From the NCBI GenBank assembly GCA_951406725.2, contig OX597815.1, positions 141,174,001-141,238,000 on the forward strand: DNA of 64,000 nt, written 5' to 3'. Position 1 is the first letter of the stretch, and each line of letters starts with the position of its first letter. Under the pieces are notes generated by a model. It did not search any database, had not been told where the DNA came from, and saw only the letters and a program-made list of their open reading frames with translations. The stretch comes from Octopus vulgaris (lineage: Eukaryota). Position numbers and translations under genes: made by a program. This document shows, one piece after another, positions 29,092 to 42,858 of the stretch.

Positions 29092-29146
<55 letters not shown>

Positions 29147-29399
29147 CAAAATAAGCTATTTTGATTATAATCACCCACTTTGAATTATATGGATAATACC
29201 ATACTAAATTCTAGTACCTTTCACTTAAGTACCATATTCGTCTGAATCTAAATTTTGCTGAACCAATATATATATATATATAATTTACTGTAATGACACG
29301 TGGGTAGGTTCATATATACCCACGTGATATTTACACACACTCGCATTCACATATGCACATACAGAGATTCGTCACGTTATTAGAGGCATGTATGGCGGC

Positions 29400-29920
29400 T
29401 AATACATAATGGGATTGCATACACAATATTGAGAATCCTGGAGAATCCTGCCCCCTACATTAACGGGATCAACCACTGTAAATTATGCATAGCGAAACGG
29501 GTGAGGATTCTAAAGGACTCCCTGAACCCAGAACATCCTGAACACCAGAACGGAGGTCTTCGGACTGTGCTTGCATTTCAGGAAATTCCTGTAAGCCTAT
29601 TGAAACACACGAGATAGCAATGCCACCGGCGATCGATAGGCGAAAGGACACAAACCTCTTTGTTGGCATCGGTAATTGATAGCCAAGAGGAGACCATCCT
29701 CTCTGTTGACATTGAGTAACGAGCTCATTTCCTCCTTCATATTCTACAGAGGCCACTCGCTAGACAGGTCTTTAGCCAAAAGGTTTGGGCTCTGATGATA
29801 CGCCATAAAGCTGAGCCCTTTATTGACGTGGAACCTGAGGTAATCTCATAATCTAATTGTAAAATATACTGCTCTATAACTTACAGTGTACTTCCTTCCT
29901 CGGATTTGCGTTTACTGACG
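29400..29920 (+). mobile_element. PLE 3' end (GIY-YIG C-terminus plus terminal repeat with degenerate hammerhead at ~29787-29847)
   Basis: RILENPAPYINGINHCKLC then, frameshifted, LNTRTEVFGLCLHFRKFL*. Downstream CTGATGA-(hairpin ataaag/ctttat)-GGAAC-CTGAG-GTA. Confidence 0.7.
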
Positions 29921-29924
29921 ATAC

Positions 29925-30000
29925 AAACACACACACAAGCACACATACACACACACATATATATATAAATATATAGTATCTATCTGTGTATCTATATCCA

Positions 30001-30085
<85 letters not shown>
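29925..30085. repeat. (CA)/(TA)/(TATC)n microsatellite
   Basis: Seen directly. Confidence 0.95.
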
Positions 30086-30086
<1 letters not shown>

Positions 30087-31290
30087 AGATAACAAAAGAA
30101 TGAAAGAGACCTCGACATTATGTAAATGTAATGTGTGACAATTATTTGGTAGCCATGATAAAACTCCGACTTTCGGATGCCGAGGTGGAAATCCACACCG
30201 CCATCTCTTTAGTTATCCGCCCATCGAAAAAGTGCTGTGAAAAATGACCGTCCTAGAAAGGGAAATTACTGTGTAATTGATCGTTATTAAGACGAAAGAG
30301 CTATATGAATGACCGCTAAGTGAGGGGAGGGAGTAAACGGTAGGGGGTAAAAGTTCATACATACAAACCTACACACACACATGCGCACCATAAAGGTTCA
30401 TACACACATCTATATACGTACAATCACAAGAAAAAATAGGTCTAAAGGTGACAAACAGAAAAAAGGTATGAGAGTATACAAAGAGTAAACCACGTCCATA
30501 TACGCACATACTCGTATGCATGCACACCACACACACGCCTATGTACGCACATACCCGCACACGTCTATATATACGTGCACACACACGCACGCAAAATAGG
30601 TCATACATACGTCTATATGCGCACATACACGAGGAAAAACAGGACTAAGGGCAAAAATACAGGAAAATGTGTAAAAACACTGAGTAAAATACGTCTATAT
30701 ACGCACATACTCGCATGCACGCACACACGCGCACATGCACACATATATATACGCACGTACCCGCGCACACGCACACATCCACACGCGCGCACAAAAGATT
30801 CCATATACACGTCTATATATGCACAGGGAAAAATGCAGTGTGGAAGATAGAATACAGAAAATTATGTGTAAAAAATATATAAGCAATAAACCTATAAACC
30901 AATATCTCTATAAATATGTCAGAAATAGATGTATAAAAAATATAAATAAAATATATATGAAATATAAGTAAAAGGTGTAAAGAGATAAAAAGCTTGTGCA
31001 TGGACGCAATATAGAAAGCAAGTTCTATCTGTAGTCTCGGGGGGACTAAAAACGTGACAAACATTTGGCCACGTTTGGGCATGATCCGGAAAGTTCAGTT
31101 CTTGAATTTAGACATGTAGCGGGGTCTAAGCTGCTTTTCCAGATGAGCCATCATTCCATATCACATAGACCGCAATTTCCACTGCCGTTCGTGTAGGGCT
31201 TACACTTGGCTAAGATCTTCCAATGGATGTTGTAACTGACATCTTTATCTTTTAACGACCATATATGACTGAATAATTTGGTCGTTTTTC
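30086..31290 (-). mobile_element. PLE 3' end (GIY-YIG C-terminus, long 3' region, degenerate hammerhead at ~30161-30214)
   Basis: TKLFSHIWSLKDKDVSYNIHWKILAKCKPYTNGSGNCGLC..CLNSRTELSGSC on the minus strand (31070-31285); CTAAAGA-GATG...CATC-CGAAA downstream. Confidence 0.75.
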
Positions 31291-31324
31291 TTTTATCGTT
31301 TTATCGTTTTTCTTTTGTCCCCTG

Positions 31325-32805
31325 ATATTGCAAGGAAAGGCTTGAAAGGGGTAATGGAGGAACTGAAACAGGGCCTCATTACCAAGGAATCAGAGAGGGT
31401 AAGATACGACCAAAGAATGAAGGGATACTACCAGAATAGGTTATTCAGAGTAGATCAGAAGAGATTCTACAAACAAATAAATGGAGTGTACAGATGAAAA
31501 GTTGATACCAGATTACATTGATAGTGAAAGGTTTTGGAGCGACATCTGGACCAAAGACAAGGAATGGTTGCAAGAAATTAAACAAACAGTAGTCTGTTCA
31601 AAAAAGGCAGAACTAGTCATTTCAATTAGGCAGGTGAAGGAAATCAGAAAGAATTGGGCAGGTGGATTGCCCCAGGACAAAAAGGAGTTCAGGATTTGGT
31701 GCATGCCCTGCACGAATAGCTGCATAACTCAACACCTTGTTAAATGCCGAACATATAACACCAGCGAGGTGCTGTGCTTGTAAACCATCGAAAAAGCAAT
31801 ACGGTAGACATTTACATGCCGATATCTTGCTTGCCACTTATATGGGAATTATTGACTTGAATAGTCGCAGAGTCAGTGTACGGACATCTGGAAAAAATGT
31901 AGTCCTGCAACATGAGCAGAAGGGTTGCAAGCGTAAGGGCAGAGCTACTAAGTATAAACTCCTGGTAGACAAAAGTGTACTCAGAGACTACACGATGAGG
32001 AAAACTAACTTAGCAATGTTATGGATCGATTATCGTAAGGTATACGGTATGATCCCACATTCTTTGATTATGGAATGTATGAACATATTTGGTATTGAAT
32101 CGAAAGTTAAGCGATTGCTTGGAAAAAGTGGAGGACCGAAATGACAGCATATGGAAGAAGTATAGGAACAGTAGAAATCAGGAGGGGCGTCTTCCAAGCG
32201 GACTGCCTGTCCCTCTGATCTTTGTACTATGCTTGATACCACTGACACTGATTCTGAGGGAAGCGAAAGCTTGGTATGTATTCAAAAGCTGCCAACAAAA
32301 ATTCAACCATTTGATATTCATGGATGACCTCAAACTTTATAGTAGAGATGAATCCAACGTTAGTTCCCTCGTTGATATCGTGTATACTCTCATTGCTGGT
32401 ATCAGAATGGAATTCGGACTTAAAAAGTGTGGTGTGTTTATCTTGAAGACAGGCAAAATCAAATGTATTATCGGACTAGCGATACCGTCAGGGGATGTTA
32501 TGAAGCAGATAGAAGAGAGTGGCTATAAGTACTTAGAGATATTTTTAATAGATAAATTGATGGAGAAAGAAATGACAGAAAGAATTAAGATGGAGTACAT
32601 ATACTTGCGCAGACTGAGATTAATCCTTAAGTCGAAATTAAACGGACCGAATAAGATTGAAGCTATCAACACCTGGGCGGTTTCACTACTTAGATATGGA
32701 ACAGGGTTATTCACATGGACAGTAGACGACGTAAATAGCTTAGACAGAAAGACAAGGAAGTTGCTGGCTTGATCTGGAATACTTCACCGAAAACGTGACA
32801 CAGAG
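31325..32805 (+). mobile_element. Decayed R4/Dong-type LINE fragment
   Basis: RYDQR..YQNRLF..DQKRFY, EQKGC, LAMLWIDYRKVY, HLIFMDDLKLY, MEFGLKKC and KIEAINTWAVSLLRY. Confidence 0.85.
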
Positions 32806-33599
32806 GGGAAACGGACTGTTTGGATGTTAACTCAGCATTAAATCTGCATTTTTCCTGGACCCATATGGCAGGTGAATTGGTAAATTTGTTACCAATAGTT
32901 GCATGTTAGAAATCCATGCTCACACGTAACTAGTTCTGAGGAGGTTAGTAAGTAACTAATAAATTGAATATAGTCCGGCTATTCAGTTTTATTTGTATCG
33001 TATTAGTCATTCATAAGACCACTTACTTTAGTACAAAGAAACCGAAACGTCTTACGTCTTACGCTGACATATGTATTAGTAAGAAATTTTAATTAATTAA
33101 TATAAGACACTGCCTGGTGAGGCAAAGTGGCTCACTAATAAATAATTAGCAAAAATATCAAGTGATGCAACACCTAAATTTAAATTATTTAAAATTATAC
33201 ATGTATTTCGAAAAGTGCAATCGTAGAATCCCTTGGCTCGGAAATTAAAATGTGTTGTGATATCGTTTAGCCAACACTTTAAGTATCCATCTCGCTATAC
33301 TTTTCATCATTATATTAAGGTGCCTAGCAGAGTAGTTACAGTGTTGGGGTCACGACCGGTAGATTGATGGATTTGTAAGCGTGCTGTATTCATCAGCAAG
33401 GCACTTCACTTCAATTTCTTCCTGTGAACTCTGTTAAATATACGCAGGTGCCAATTCCCGGTGCTGCTCGTTTTTTTTTTCCTATCACATTATCGATCAC
33501 CAGCTGGGTCTTAGGAGGGAGCATGAAACATCTACAACTACTCAATGAAAGAATATGATCACAGTACATATTAATTTCAGTTTTTGACACAATGCCAGC

Positions 33600-33778
33600 A
33601 TGTTCGGGAGAGGGTGTAAGTCGATTACATGGACTCCAGAGTTTAACTGGCATTTATTTTATGGACCCTGAAAAGATGAAAGGTAACGTCGTTCCCGGTA
33701 GAATTTGAACTTAGAAGGTAATCCGGATGTAAGGCCGCTGAGCATTTTGCACGCTGTGCTAACGATTTTATCAGCTAA
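33600..33778 (-). mobile_element. Degenerate tRNA-derived SINE
   Basis: Similar to 2035-2212. Confidence 0.65.
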
Positions 33779-36559
33779 TTGTTCTAAATCATGAAACATA
33801 TTGACACGTGTTTCTCGTTTGTGATCAACGAGTATAGTACATTCATGAATATGTAGTGTATAATATAACGAAATGTAATGTATATGATATAATATGGTTT
33901 ACAAACTAAATCAGATATCCACTGATTATTATAAATTCGTTCCTCACATGTTAAGAAGAATGTAACTATACGTATACTATTTATCAAATCCCATAACCAA
34001 TTTACTAGTTAAAATATATATCAAGCGTGTGTAACTCTATGGAATGACATATGCAAAGACCTTCAATGAATTGCATTTTAGTTGACTATTCCACGCTGAT
34101 CAGGTTAAATAACAATAGAGCCTACCCATCGCTCTCATTTTCAGCTCTAACAAATTTAATAATTTTAGGACAATACGTAACATTTAAAAAAAAAAAATCG
34201 AAGGCTGTTTCTTTTATGAAATTGTTTCTCTTCTTTTGTAGATGCCAATGGTTGCTGCTAGTGTATTTTTCCAAATGAGAACGTACTTTCATTTCACTTA
34301 TATTTTGCTCATTCCCTTAGACAAAACACACTTGAACTTTATATCGTTTGCATTGATGCCATTAATTTATTGAAATTATTTTCGTTCCTCCAGTTTTATT
34401 TTCTGGAATTACCTTTGAAATACCTTATATTTTCGAGTGAGTGGAGGGATTAAACTACGCCTGGATTTATTACATCGCACACTAAATTTTGGATATTTAT
34501 ATATTCATTGTCTTTTATTGTTTTTATAAAAAGGTTTCATATTTCCATATTTATTTCTATTTATTGCATGTTTCTATTTCGCCTGCATCATACCACTTAT
34601 CTTTATATGTATTAGATATGCAACTACCATCTAGAGTGAAAACCAATTTAAGTAGTAACTATTTTATATTGCATCTAGTCTAGAATTAAAAAGTATTATG
34701 GTCTAAAATACTCGCAAAATAGGTAGAGACATATTTTAGGTCAAATATGATCCAGTTTATTATTACAAAATATTTTGCTGCTGTGTCTCAATACGTCCTA
34801 AATAGCTCAGTGTCCTCGCGTGAACAAATATAACACATACTCCCCTCCGGTATTCCAGATTCAATACATTTTATAACTTCCGTTTTCTATCCTCGATGTG
34901 TCTGAAGGAGGTGACTAGTGATATTGATGCAGCAAATGGCCTGTTTAAATTATTTCATTGTAATCTAAATTCCATGTTTGTGTCCCCTATTTTTTTAATA
35001 CAAAATTAATTAATTAAGTGATGTATCTTTCTCTTCACAAAGAAAGCAATGCCAAGTATGTTCTTGACTCATTAAATTATATATATTAACACTCACTTGA
35101 CTAATTCTATGTTAATAATCTTATCTTTTAAATATTTCTGCTGACAGATGATGAAAATATATTTTATTCCATTCCTGATAGAATGTTTTTCCAAATCCCA
35201 TGTCAATTACCGAAAAGATAAATAATAGTTTTTCACAGTTGGCGACTCGACTCTTAGTAACGCAAACACAATTACACTGAAATTTATTTACAGTAGATGT
35301 TTATTTCAGATTATAATTTGATAAAGAAATAAAACATGAACAACTGTGATAAATGAATTTAGAAATCTCATAAGCGATAATTTTTTTTATCACTGTTTTA
35401 AATTATATTTTCAATAACATGTACATGTACAAGACACTTTTCAACATGTTTTTAGATGATTAGATATTTATTTAAATGCATATTTACATAGCATATTTAT
35501 GTCTGTTTGGATGAGTGTCTAAACTGTTTTGCTTCGTGATTAAATCATGTATGCAACGAAATTAATTTACTAACGCTTCAGGAAATAATTGCTTATAACA
35601 AAAGGTAGAAATTGAAATTCTCTCTAAACATTCAATATTGTCAGTGAATATCAGACAAAAAATATTGAATATGGAAAAAGAAATTCTTCTAAAATGTCAG
35701 TAGGTATTTCCGAAATGAAACATGTTATGCAAAGAAAAATAATTTATTGTAACTACAAATTCACGTATGCATAAACTAAATATCTCCAGTGACCGAAAGA
35801 TTTCTAGCTGTTTAATGAGCATGAAGTTGAACAGAAAATCAGAAATCAGAGAAATCAGCCATTGAGTCCCTTCGAGCAGCGTGTTTCTCGGGTGAATTTG
35901 AATGTGACTATGTGCATTTAAATGATTGGAGTTTTGATGAAGGTTTAATCAACTGATGCTTCATTAAAATATATAAGGTTAAAACTAATTTTTCCTATTG
36001 TTTTCAGTAATTTGACTATAAGCACAACAGGATATCGAGTTCTGCATTATATTTCATTGAATAATAGATATGTATAAATGTAGTTGACTTAAGATGGATT
36101 ACAACTTCAGAGAGCAATCCACAAAACCAAATTCCTCTTTGACCTTCAAAATATGCCAGCAATATGCATCTGAATAGGTACTAAACGCGTTTTCATATTT
36201 ATTCAATTGGGAAGTATTTGGTTTGATCGTTTTATTAGTAGTATGCAACTATAATTAAATTATTTAAAATATTTATATTATATATCGCACTGTTATTTAC
36301 AATAAATTTAGCTGCTGTGTTTAGCAGGTCCAACAATCATACATATTTTTACACGATGGATTCTTTCTCACTCACGTAAATTTTAATCAAGCAGAGTAAT
36401 AAACATTTCCATTGCAGCTATGACGAAGCTGTATTGCGTAAGATTTAAGAGAAACTGTCTGCTATTTAGGGAATATCGATTAATCCTATAAAATACTCTT
36501 TCCTTCGTATTAAAAATATATCACGCTCTCTACTTCTCCCTTTTCCCGCTTATTTTGTC

Positions 36560-38060
36560 TATGGATACACACATAATGTTGCCTGGCTTGACCTTACAGC
36601 TTGGTATTTTAAGACTTTAAATAAGTTTGCCTTGTAAACATTTGTTCTCTCACGTCACATACCAACGTGTCTGGTGCGGAAACCCAATATTTTACAGCCC
36701 TCATGCCTCAAAATTATCATGTTTTAATCCTTATAAAATGTCCGGTCGATACAGAGATGCACCCGAAACCATTGTTGTATTTATCGACTTAGAACCTAAT
36801 TTCTATTAAACCGTAAGTGTCTCAGCACCTACCGAGATACTCAAATATCCATCATTTAAACTATACAATACTGTCCCTGTAGCAGACATGCAAGCTATGA
36901 CCCTTCAAGCTAGTCGATGAGTTTGCGATTCGCCACTTCTAGGCTTATGCCTTTAGAAGCATACGAGCTTTACATATGACCCACTAGATAGAGCTAGGCA
37001 AAAGACGGTAAGTATCAATTTAAGCCTGTCCCACCAGGGCCCGCTCACACCAAAGAGAAATATCCAAATTCCATGATACATATCATTCACAGTTGCGTTG
37101 AAGCTGTTAAGGAAAAGGTTACAAAGTGTATAATGCCTAGCTAACTCACTCACCCACAAAAACTGCTGGTGTTTCTCAGCAGCTTAACTTTTGGTAGGAG
37201 CTTATAGTAACCATAAGAATAATAAAGCCACTAGAAAGAAAGTGCATTGTTCAGCTTCTGTGGTATCCTGCATTCGATACAGCGGTAGATAACACTTTGC
37301 AGTTTCTTCTCCCATTCAAGTCACAGAAACGATGATTCTGCGAATAGTAGCCCAATGAAGATAACTATAACTTTCATCTACACCATGCAGTCAACTTTAC
37401 ACTGTTCAAACTTCTACATGTATCGCATTCTTTTTCCAGATCCTTCTATACATGGATGAGCATAAGTGCTTCCGAGCCTCACACAGAACTTCGTCATTTC
37501 TGACAATGTTCCTTGTATAACCTTCTAACACTATGCTACAAACCTAGCCCCTTAGATATGCAAATTCCTCATCATGGATCTACACTTATATTTGAAATGT
37601 CTCTACATTATGTCCGATTCCAAAGAAAGAAAGCGGCCCTAATCATGTCAACTATTCATGTGCAAAATCTATAAGTTAACTAAGCAACCATCACCATTGA
37701 TGTCCTTCAAAACTTTCACTCTCTCGCTCCATCTTTAACGGGCACCTGTACGGTCTTAGTTACGTAAAAGCCCTGACTCTTGTTACATAGTTTCTTATAG
37801 CATGTATCAATTGCATATTGCGTTGGAAAACTACGAAAGGAATGTTGACAGCCTCAATATTACGTAATCTTCCGACCTTGTACAACATGCAAATCTCCTT
37901 GGCGAAAACGTACATCGTTTTGTTCTAGATATCTGATGGACAGTTGCTATTCATATCAGATGTCACTATCATTGCATAGCTCTTCCTTTCTATCATAGTA
38001 TGTGCATTAGTCTCTCCAATCATTGGTTTTGTCTCGCTTGGTCCTTCCAAATATCATTCA
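36560..38060 (-). mobile_element. Very old LINE remnant (endonuclease to RT start)
   Basis: Higher-GC island with traces such as GFR.. followed by WLDL-like sequence; no open frame. Confidence 0.3.
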
Positions 38061-38133
38061 CTTGCAACCTAGATATCACACAAAAAACTAGCACTGATTC
38101 CATGAACAGAGACCTCTGAAACAGAGCAATTGT

Positions 38134-38209
<76 letters not shown>

Positions 38210-39476
38210 ATATATACATTATATACATTCTACACCACCTACATTAAACGAATTTTCTCGCTGACAATTTGAAGTTACTCACAGATACTATGAATTCATT
38301 AGCCAATTGATATACATTCTATTTCTTTTTGCTGCTTTTTCTATCGCTATTGTAACGCTATTTACTTTTTGGTGTTGTTTTTTTAATAATTCTCCTACTC
38401 GGGCTCTCTCATCACAAACATCTTTCTCTTTGCCATTATTATGTGTACAAAAGACTCCAGAACACAGTGCAATCCTCACGCACAGTCATTCCTTCTTCGG
38501 CAATCAGCCTTTGTATGTCTATCTAGGCGCTCGTTTTTATTATGTGTGTTAGGGAAAATGTACGGCATCAATCTCACAGATACCCGAGAATCTTTTAAGT
38601 TGAAGAGTACTAACTCTTCATGTGAAAAGAAAAGTGTTGTCGGTAGAGACGGGCAGAAATAAATTACTGTTGATTTTCATTATGTGTTTCGTGATAATCT
38701 TGGTTCAGCTGCTCAAAACTCATTAAAACTAAATTACATGTCCACCTACATACTTAATGAAATATATGAAATATGAATCAATTTACTTTGCCTTGCCTAT
38801 TGAGAACATTTTACTAACTTTCTGTAAAATTATTAGTATCCCTAATTATTATAAAGAATATTAGTTAATTATTAAAACATAATCTTTAAAAAACGCCCAC
38901 GTCCTTATCACTATTATCCTATACATTTCGTGGGAATATTTCTTTTACCTATATCCAGATCTTGAATATTTTGAAAACGTAATGTGAATAATCATAGCCA
39001 TGAATGACTAATAGGTTATCAATATAATATAATTTATACGCTTATCTTGTTTAGAAGCATCATCTCTATGGATATTCTCATAAATAGATGAAATAACTAC
39101 TAGTGTATCTGCGTACGGGGGTTGAATTTTATCTTTATATCTGTATGGATATATGTGTTCTTATGTTGGAATGGCCGTTGGGATCAATAAATACGTTATG
39201 ATTTATTCAGCTGAAACAAGTAATTTTTGATGAAATCTCGTTAAATGATATAATCAATTAAATACGTGTAAACACTAAAGTTATCTAATTATATTCGTCT
39301 CTTAACCATTAACAAACTCCTAACCTATATTTAGATATATAATGTAATATCTATTGTGCAAATATTGCTAAATATTCCAAAGAGTTAATGTGTTTTAAAA
39401 CATAATATTCCGAAATTGCAACACCTCAATAAAGTACCATATGTATATTTTTTATGTATGTATGTATATATGTATG

Positions 39477-39477
<1 letters not shown>

Positions 39478-39551
<74 letters not shown>

Positions 39552-39620
39552 ATATATATATATATATATATATACCCACACACACACACACACATATACA
39601 CATACACACACACATATATA
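39478..39620. repeat. (TATC)n/(TA)n/(CA)n microsatellite
   Basis: Seen directly. Confidence 0.95.
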
Positions 39621-39624
39621 TTGT

Positions 39625-40000
39625 TTCAGTGATTTTAATGTAGTCATGCTGGAGCACCGCATTCATTCGGAGAAATCTACCCCAACACTTATTCTCTGTA
39701 AACCTAGAACTTAGTCTACCTGTCTCTGTTCCCGAGTCGCTAAGTTACAGGGACATATACACACAACATTGGTTATCAAGCGATGGTAGGGGAACAAACA
39801 TAGACACACAAACATATGCATATATATATATATACACCCGATTCGGTTCTTTCTATATCCGTCTACCAAACCCACTCACAAGGCTTTGGTCAGTTCGTGG
39901 CCACAGTAGAAGACAGTTACTGCAGGTGCCACGTAGTGAGACTGAACCCGGAACCATGATGTTGGGAAGCAAGCTACTCCCCACGCAGCCCCTCCTGCGT
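39625..40000 (-). mobile_element. tRNA-headed SINE of a second family
   Basis: Minus-strand head gcaggaggggctgcgtggggagtagcttgcttcccaacatcatggttccgggttcagtc with B-box-like ggttcagtc. Confidence 0.6.
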
Positions 40001-40001
40001 C

Positions 40002-40083
<82 letters not shown>

Positions 40084-40102
40084 GTATAGATATATATAGA
40101 TA

Positions 40103-40186
<84 letters not shown>

Positions 40187-40291
40187 CATGCACACACATA
40201 CACACATATATAATTTTCTTGCAATATCTAATTTCATAAACTAGCCAAGAGTTGCTCAACTAGGTATTGTAGGGAATAAAATGTGCGTGCG

Positions 40292-40329
<38 letters not shown>

Positions 40330-40439
40330 TAAATAAAAAGACATGATATATGAAATATATTATAATATACGTGGCCCTTTAGCACTTAAGGCTAAAAGCA
40401 AATTAAATTTATAAACGAGGGTACCAGTATTGCTAGTAA

Positions 40440-41560
40440 TATGAGTCACAAAAACGCAAGAAAAGGAAATATTCAAGGAGCATTCAATCGTTCATCTCGA
40501 TTGTAATCGGACTGATCCTTTAGACGGTTAGATTAACTGTTCTAAAGAAGGTTACACTTTGGAAAACAATACAGCGAAGTAAATGGTTTATTCCGTATGA
40601 TTTAAAACTTATAGACAAGACTGGAATCCACTAGATTCCTGGGTGCAAAATGCAAGAATACTTTTTAGAGACATTGATATGACATTAGAAATCGAGACAA
40701 GTTCTGTGATAGCGTCGAAGTGTGAAAAGTTTATAACATATGTACTGGATAGAATTGCTACACCCTGAAATATACATGATGACCTACAGCATCTGTCTCA
40801 AAATCATAATGAATTTATCCTCCGTAGCTTTAATAGAAAAGGCATTCAACTTCATTGTTTCTATACTATCTGCGAGTAGATCAAAACCAAAATGATAGAA
40901 ATAAAGAAAATATACAGAAAGTAATATACAGAAAGTTAGAAAAATCTAAATATAATGCAGGAACAACTATTTAAGACAATGGAGGTAAAATATATAATAT
41001 AGCTAAGTGTATTGAAGAGAGAATGAAATGATTTAGGCTGCACGAACTCTACGAGAAAAGTTAATCATTTATAGATGGTATTTCAGCAGGGCTTTTCAGT
41101 AAAAGACAAAATATGAGACGAGTTACATGAAGCTATGGCACTCAATATTTATGAATGTCCTCAGATGACTCAGAATAGAAACAAAAATAGCAGGTGTAAT
41201 TATTCTACTGCAAAATGCTTTGCAGGTTTTCCAAAAAGGATTGATCCTACGTGTTCAGAGAAGAGCTGTAAGCATGTAGTTGAAATAGTGATACAAACAC
41301 TAGAATTCAAGCAAATAAGGTCGTTGAGGAATTTGCCTATACAGTTTGAGAGAACGGACCTCATTAGACCGGAAAGTATTGTACATCTTAATAAGAAACT
41401 ATATATTATAATTGATGGGTCATGTCCATTAGAAAGCAGAGTGCAGAACAAGTTATTGTAGAGTATTAAAAAAGATAAGTACAGGAATGAAGTGTAGAAA
41501 ACACGTTTATATAGAATGTACAGATTGCTCTACGATTTTCGGTGCGATAGGAAGAATAAT
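40440..41560 (+). mobile_element. Decayed RLE-type LINE 3' remnant
   Basis: DLIRPESIV...LYIIIDGSCPLE (PD...D RLE-like) followed by FGAIG. Confidence 0.5.
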
Positions 41561-41823
41561 TAAACCTATCATAATACCCTACTGTGAAATAACATGTTCT
41601 GAGAATGTGGAATCAACAAATTTCAAATATTGGTTCGATGTAATCGTCGTTTGTCCTGCATTAAAATCTCATTTCCTTGACAGAGCTAACATCTTTCATC
41701 TCTTTGACTATCGTCAGTCGGTCTCTAGCAGAATTCGCTCCAGACAATATCGACTGTGATCATCCTTTTCTGTACAGTGGAAGAGAGCGATGACGTGGTC
41801 TGTTCCGAGGAAAAGTCGACTCA

Positions 41824-42087
41824 GGATCAATATGTTGTTATAAATGAGACATTTACAAAAATATCCTAAGGCCTCTTCGGATAGTATGACTCATATAAGT
41901 GTGGGTACACATATTAATACCCAAATGCAGATATACAGAGTCAAGAGTACATTATATTAATTCATATTAATTTATAAAATGTCATTGTTGTTAACATCAT
42001 TACTATTATCATTACCACTAATGCTACCAATATCATTATTCTTATTATTAATAACACTAATACGAGCAAAACTATATATACTATAGT

Positions 42088-42147
<60 letters not shown>

Positions 42148-42858
42148 TTATTTATTTATATATAGTAGTAACAGAAAAGAGGAATTCCGATTATCCCCGG
42201 GTGATGAGTTGTAATGTATATAAGAAATTAAAAAGGGAAAATACGCACACTTACATAGTTTTAATATAATTTTTAATATATCGACCGGTTTCGCTATCGC
42301 TATTCATGATATTATGTTTTAATTATTTGAATATATATTTTTTCTTAAGAAGAAATGTTGTCCATGTTGTGTGTGATGAAATTCACAAGTGAATGACTTC
42401 ACAAATAGATAAATAAAGAGAGGTAATTGGCTGTCGTTATTATTGTTATTGTTATGGGTAAGAGAGATAACTGTTCAGCTTTCGGTAATGGGAGGGGAAT
42501 ATATATTTGTACAGAGAGCGACAAGTTTCAAAACCCTTGTTTAATGAGGGGATTTATTTAAACGTTCCAGTTGAGAGATTGTGTCTTTGCACTGGTAGAA
42601 AGGGAAGACTGTGAAATTTGGTTCGATGTTATCTGCACATTTTTCTATATGTTCATTGAGAGGAATTTGTCTATATTGCAGGAAACGGATTTGCTCTTTA
42701 TGTAGAGTAGTTCTCTTTCTCAAGGTCATACACGTTGTATATCTGCACTAGTACAGTGCTATATAAAAAAAATATAAAAGGAAAGCAGCTGCACTTGAAG
42801 TTTGAAATTGGAAGTGATGGAACTTGTTTGGTTTCTTCATTGAAATGTTAGGAGGAAC
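41824..42858. repeat. Direct duplication, copy 1 (internally deleted)
   Basis: Near-identical to 46821-48271; ORFs 42541..42729 and 47734..47922 differ by one residue. Confidence 0.9.
42165..42745 (-). mobile_element. PLE 3' end with hammerhead-like motif at 42278-42312
   Basis: HIEKCA..FTVFPFYQC is homologous to the 27210-27270 region. rc ATATC-ATGAATA-GC-GATA-GC-GAAAC-CG-GTC-GATAT. Tail runs into (TA)n. Confidence 0.75.
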
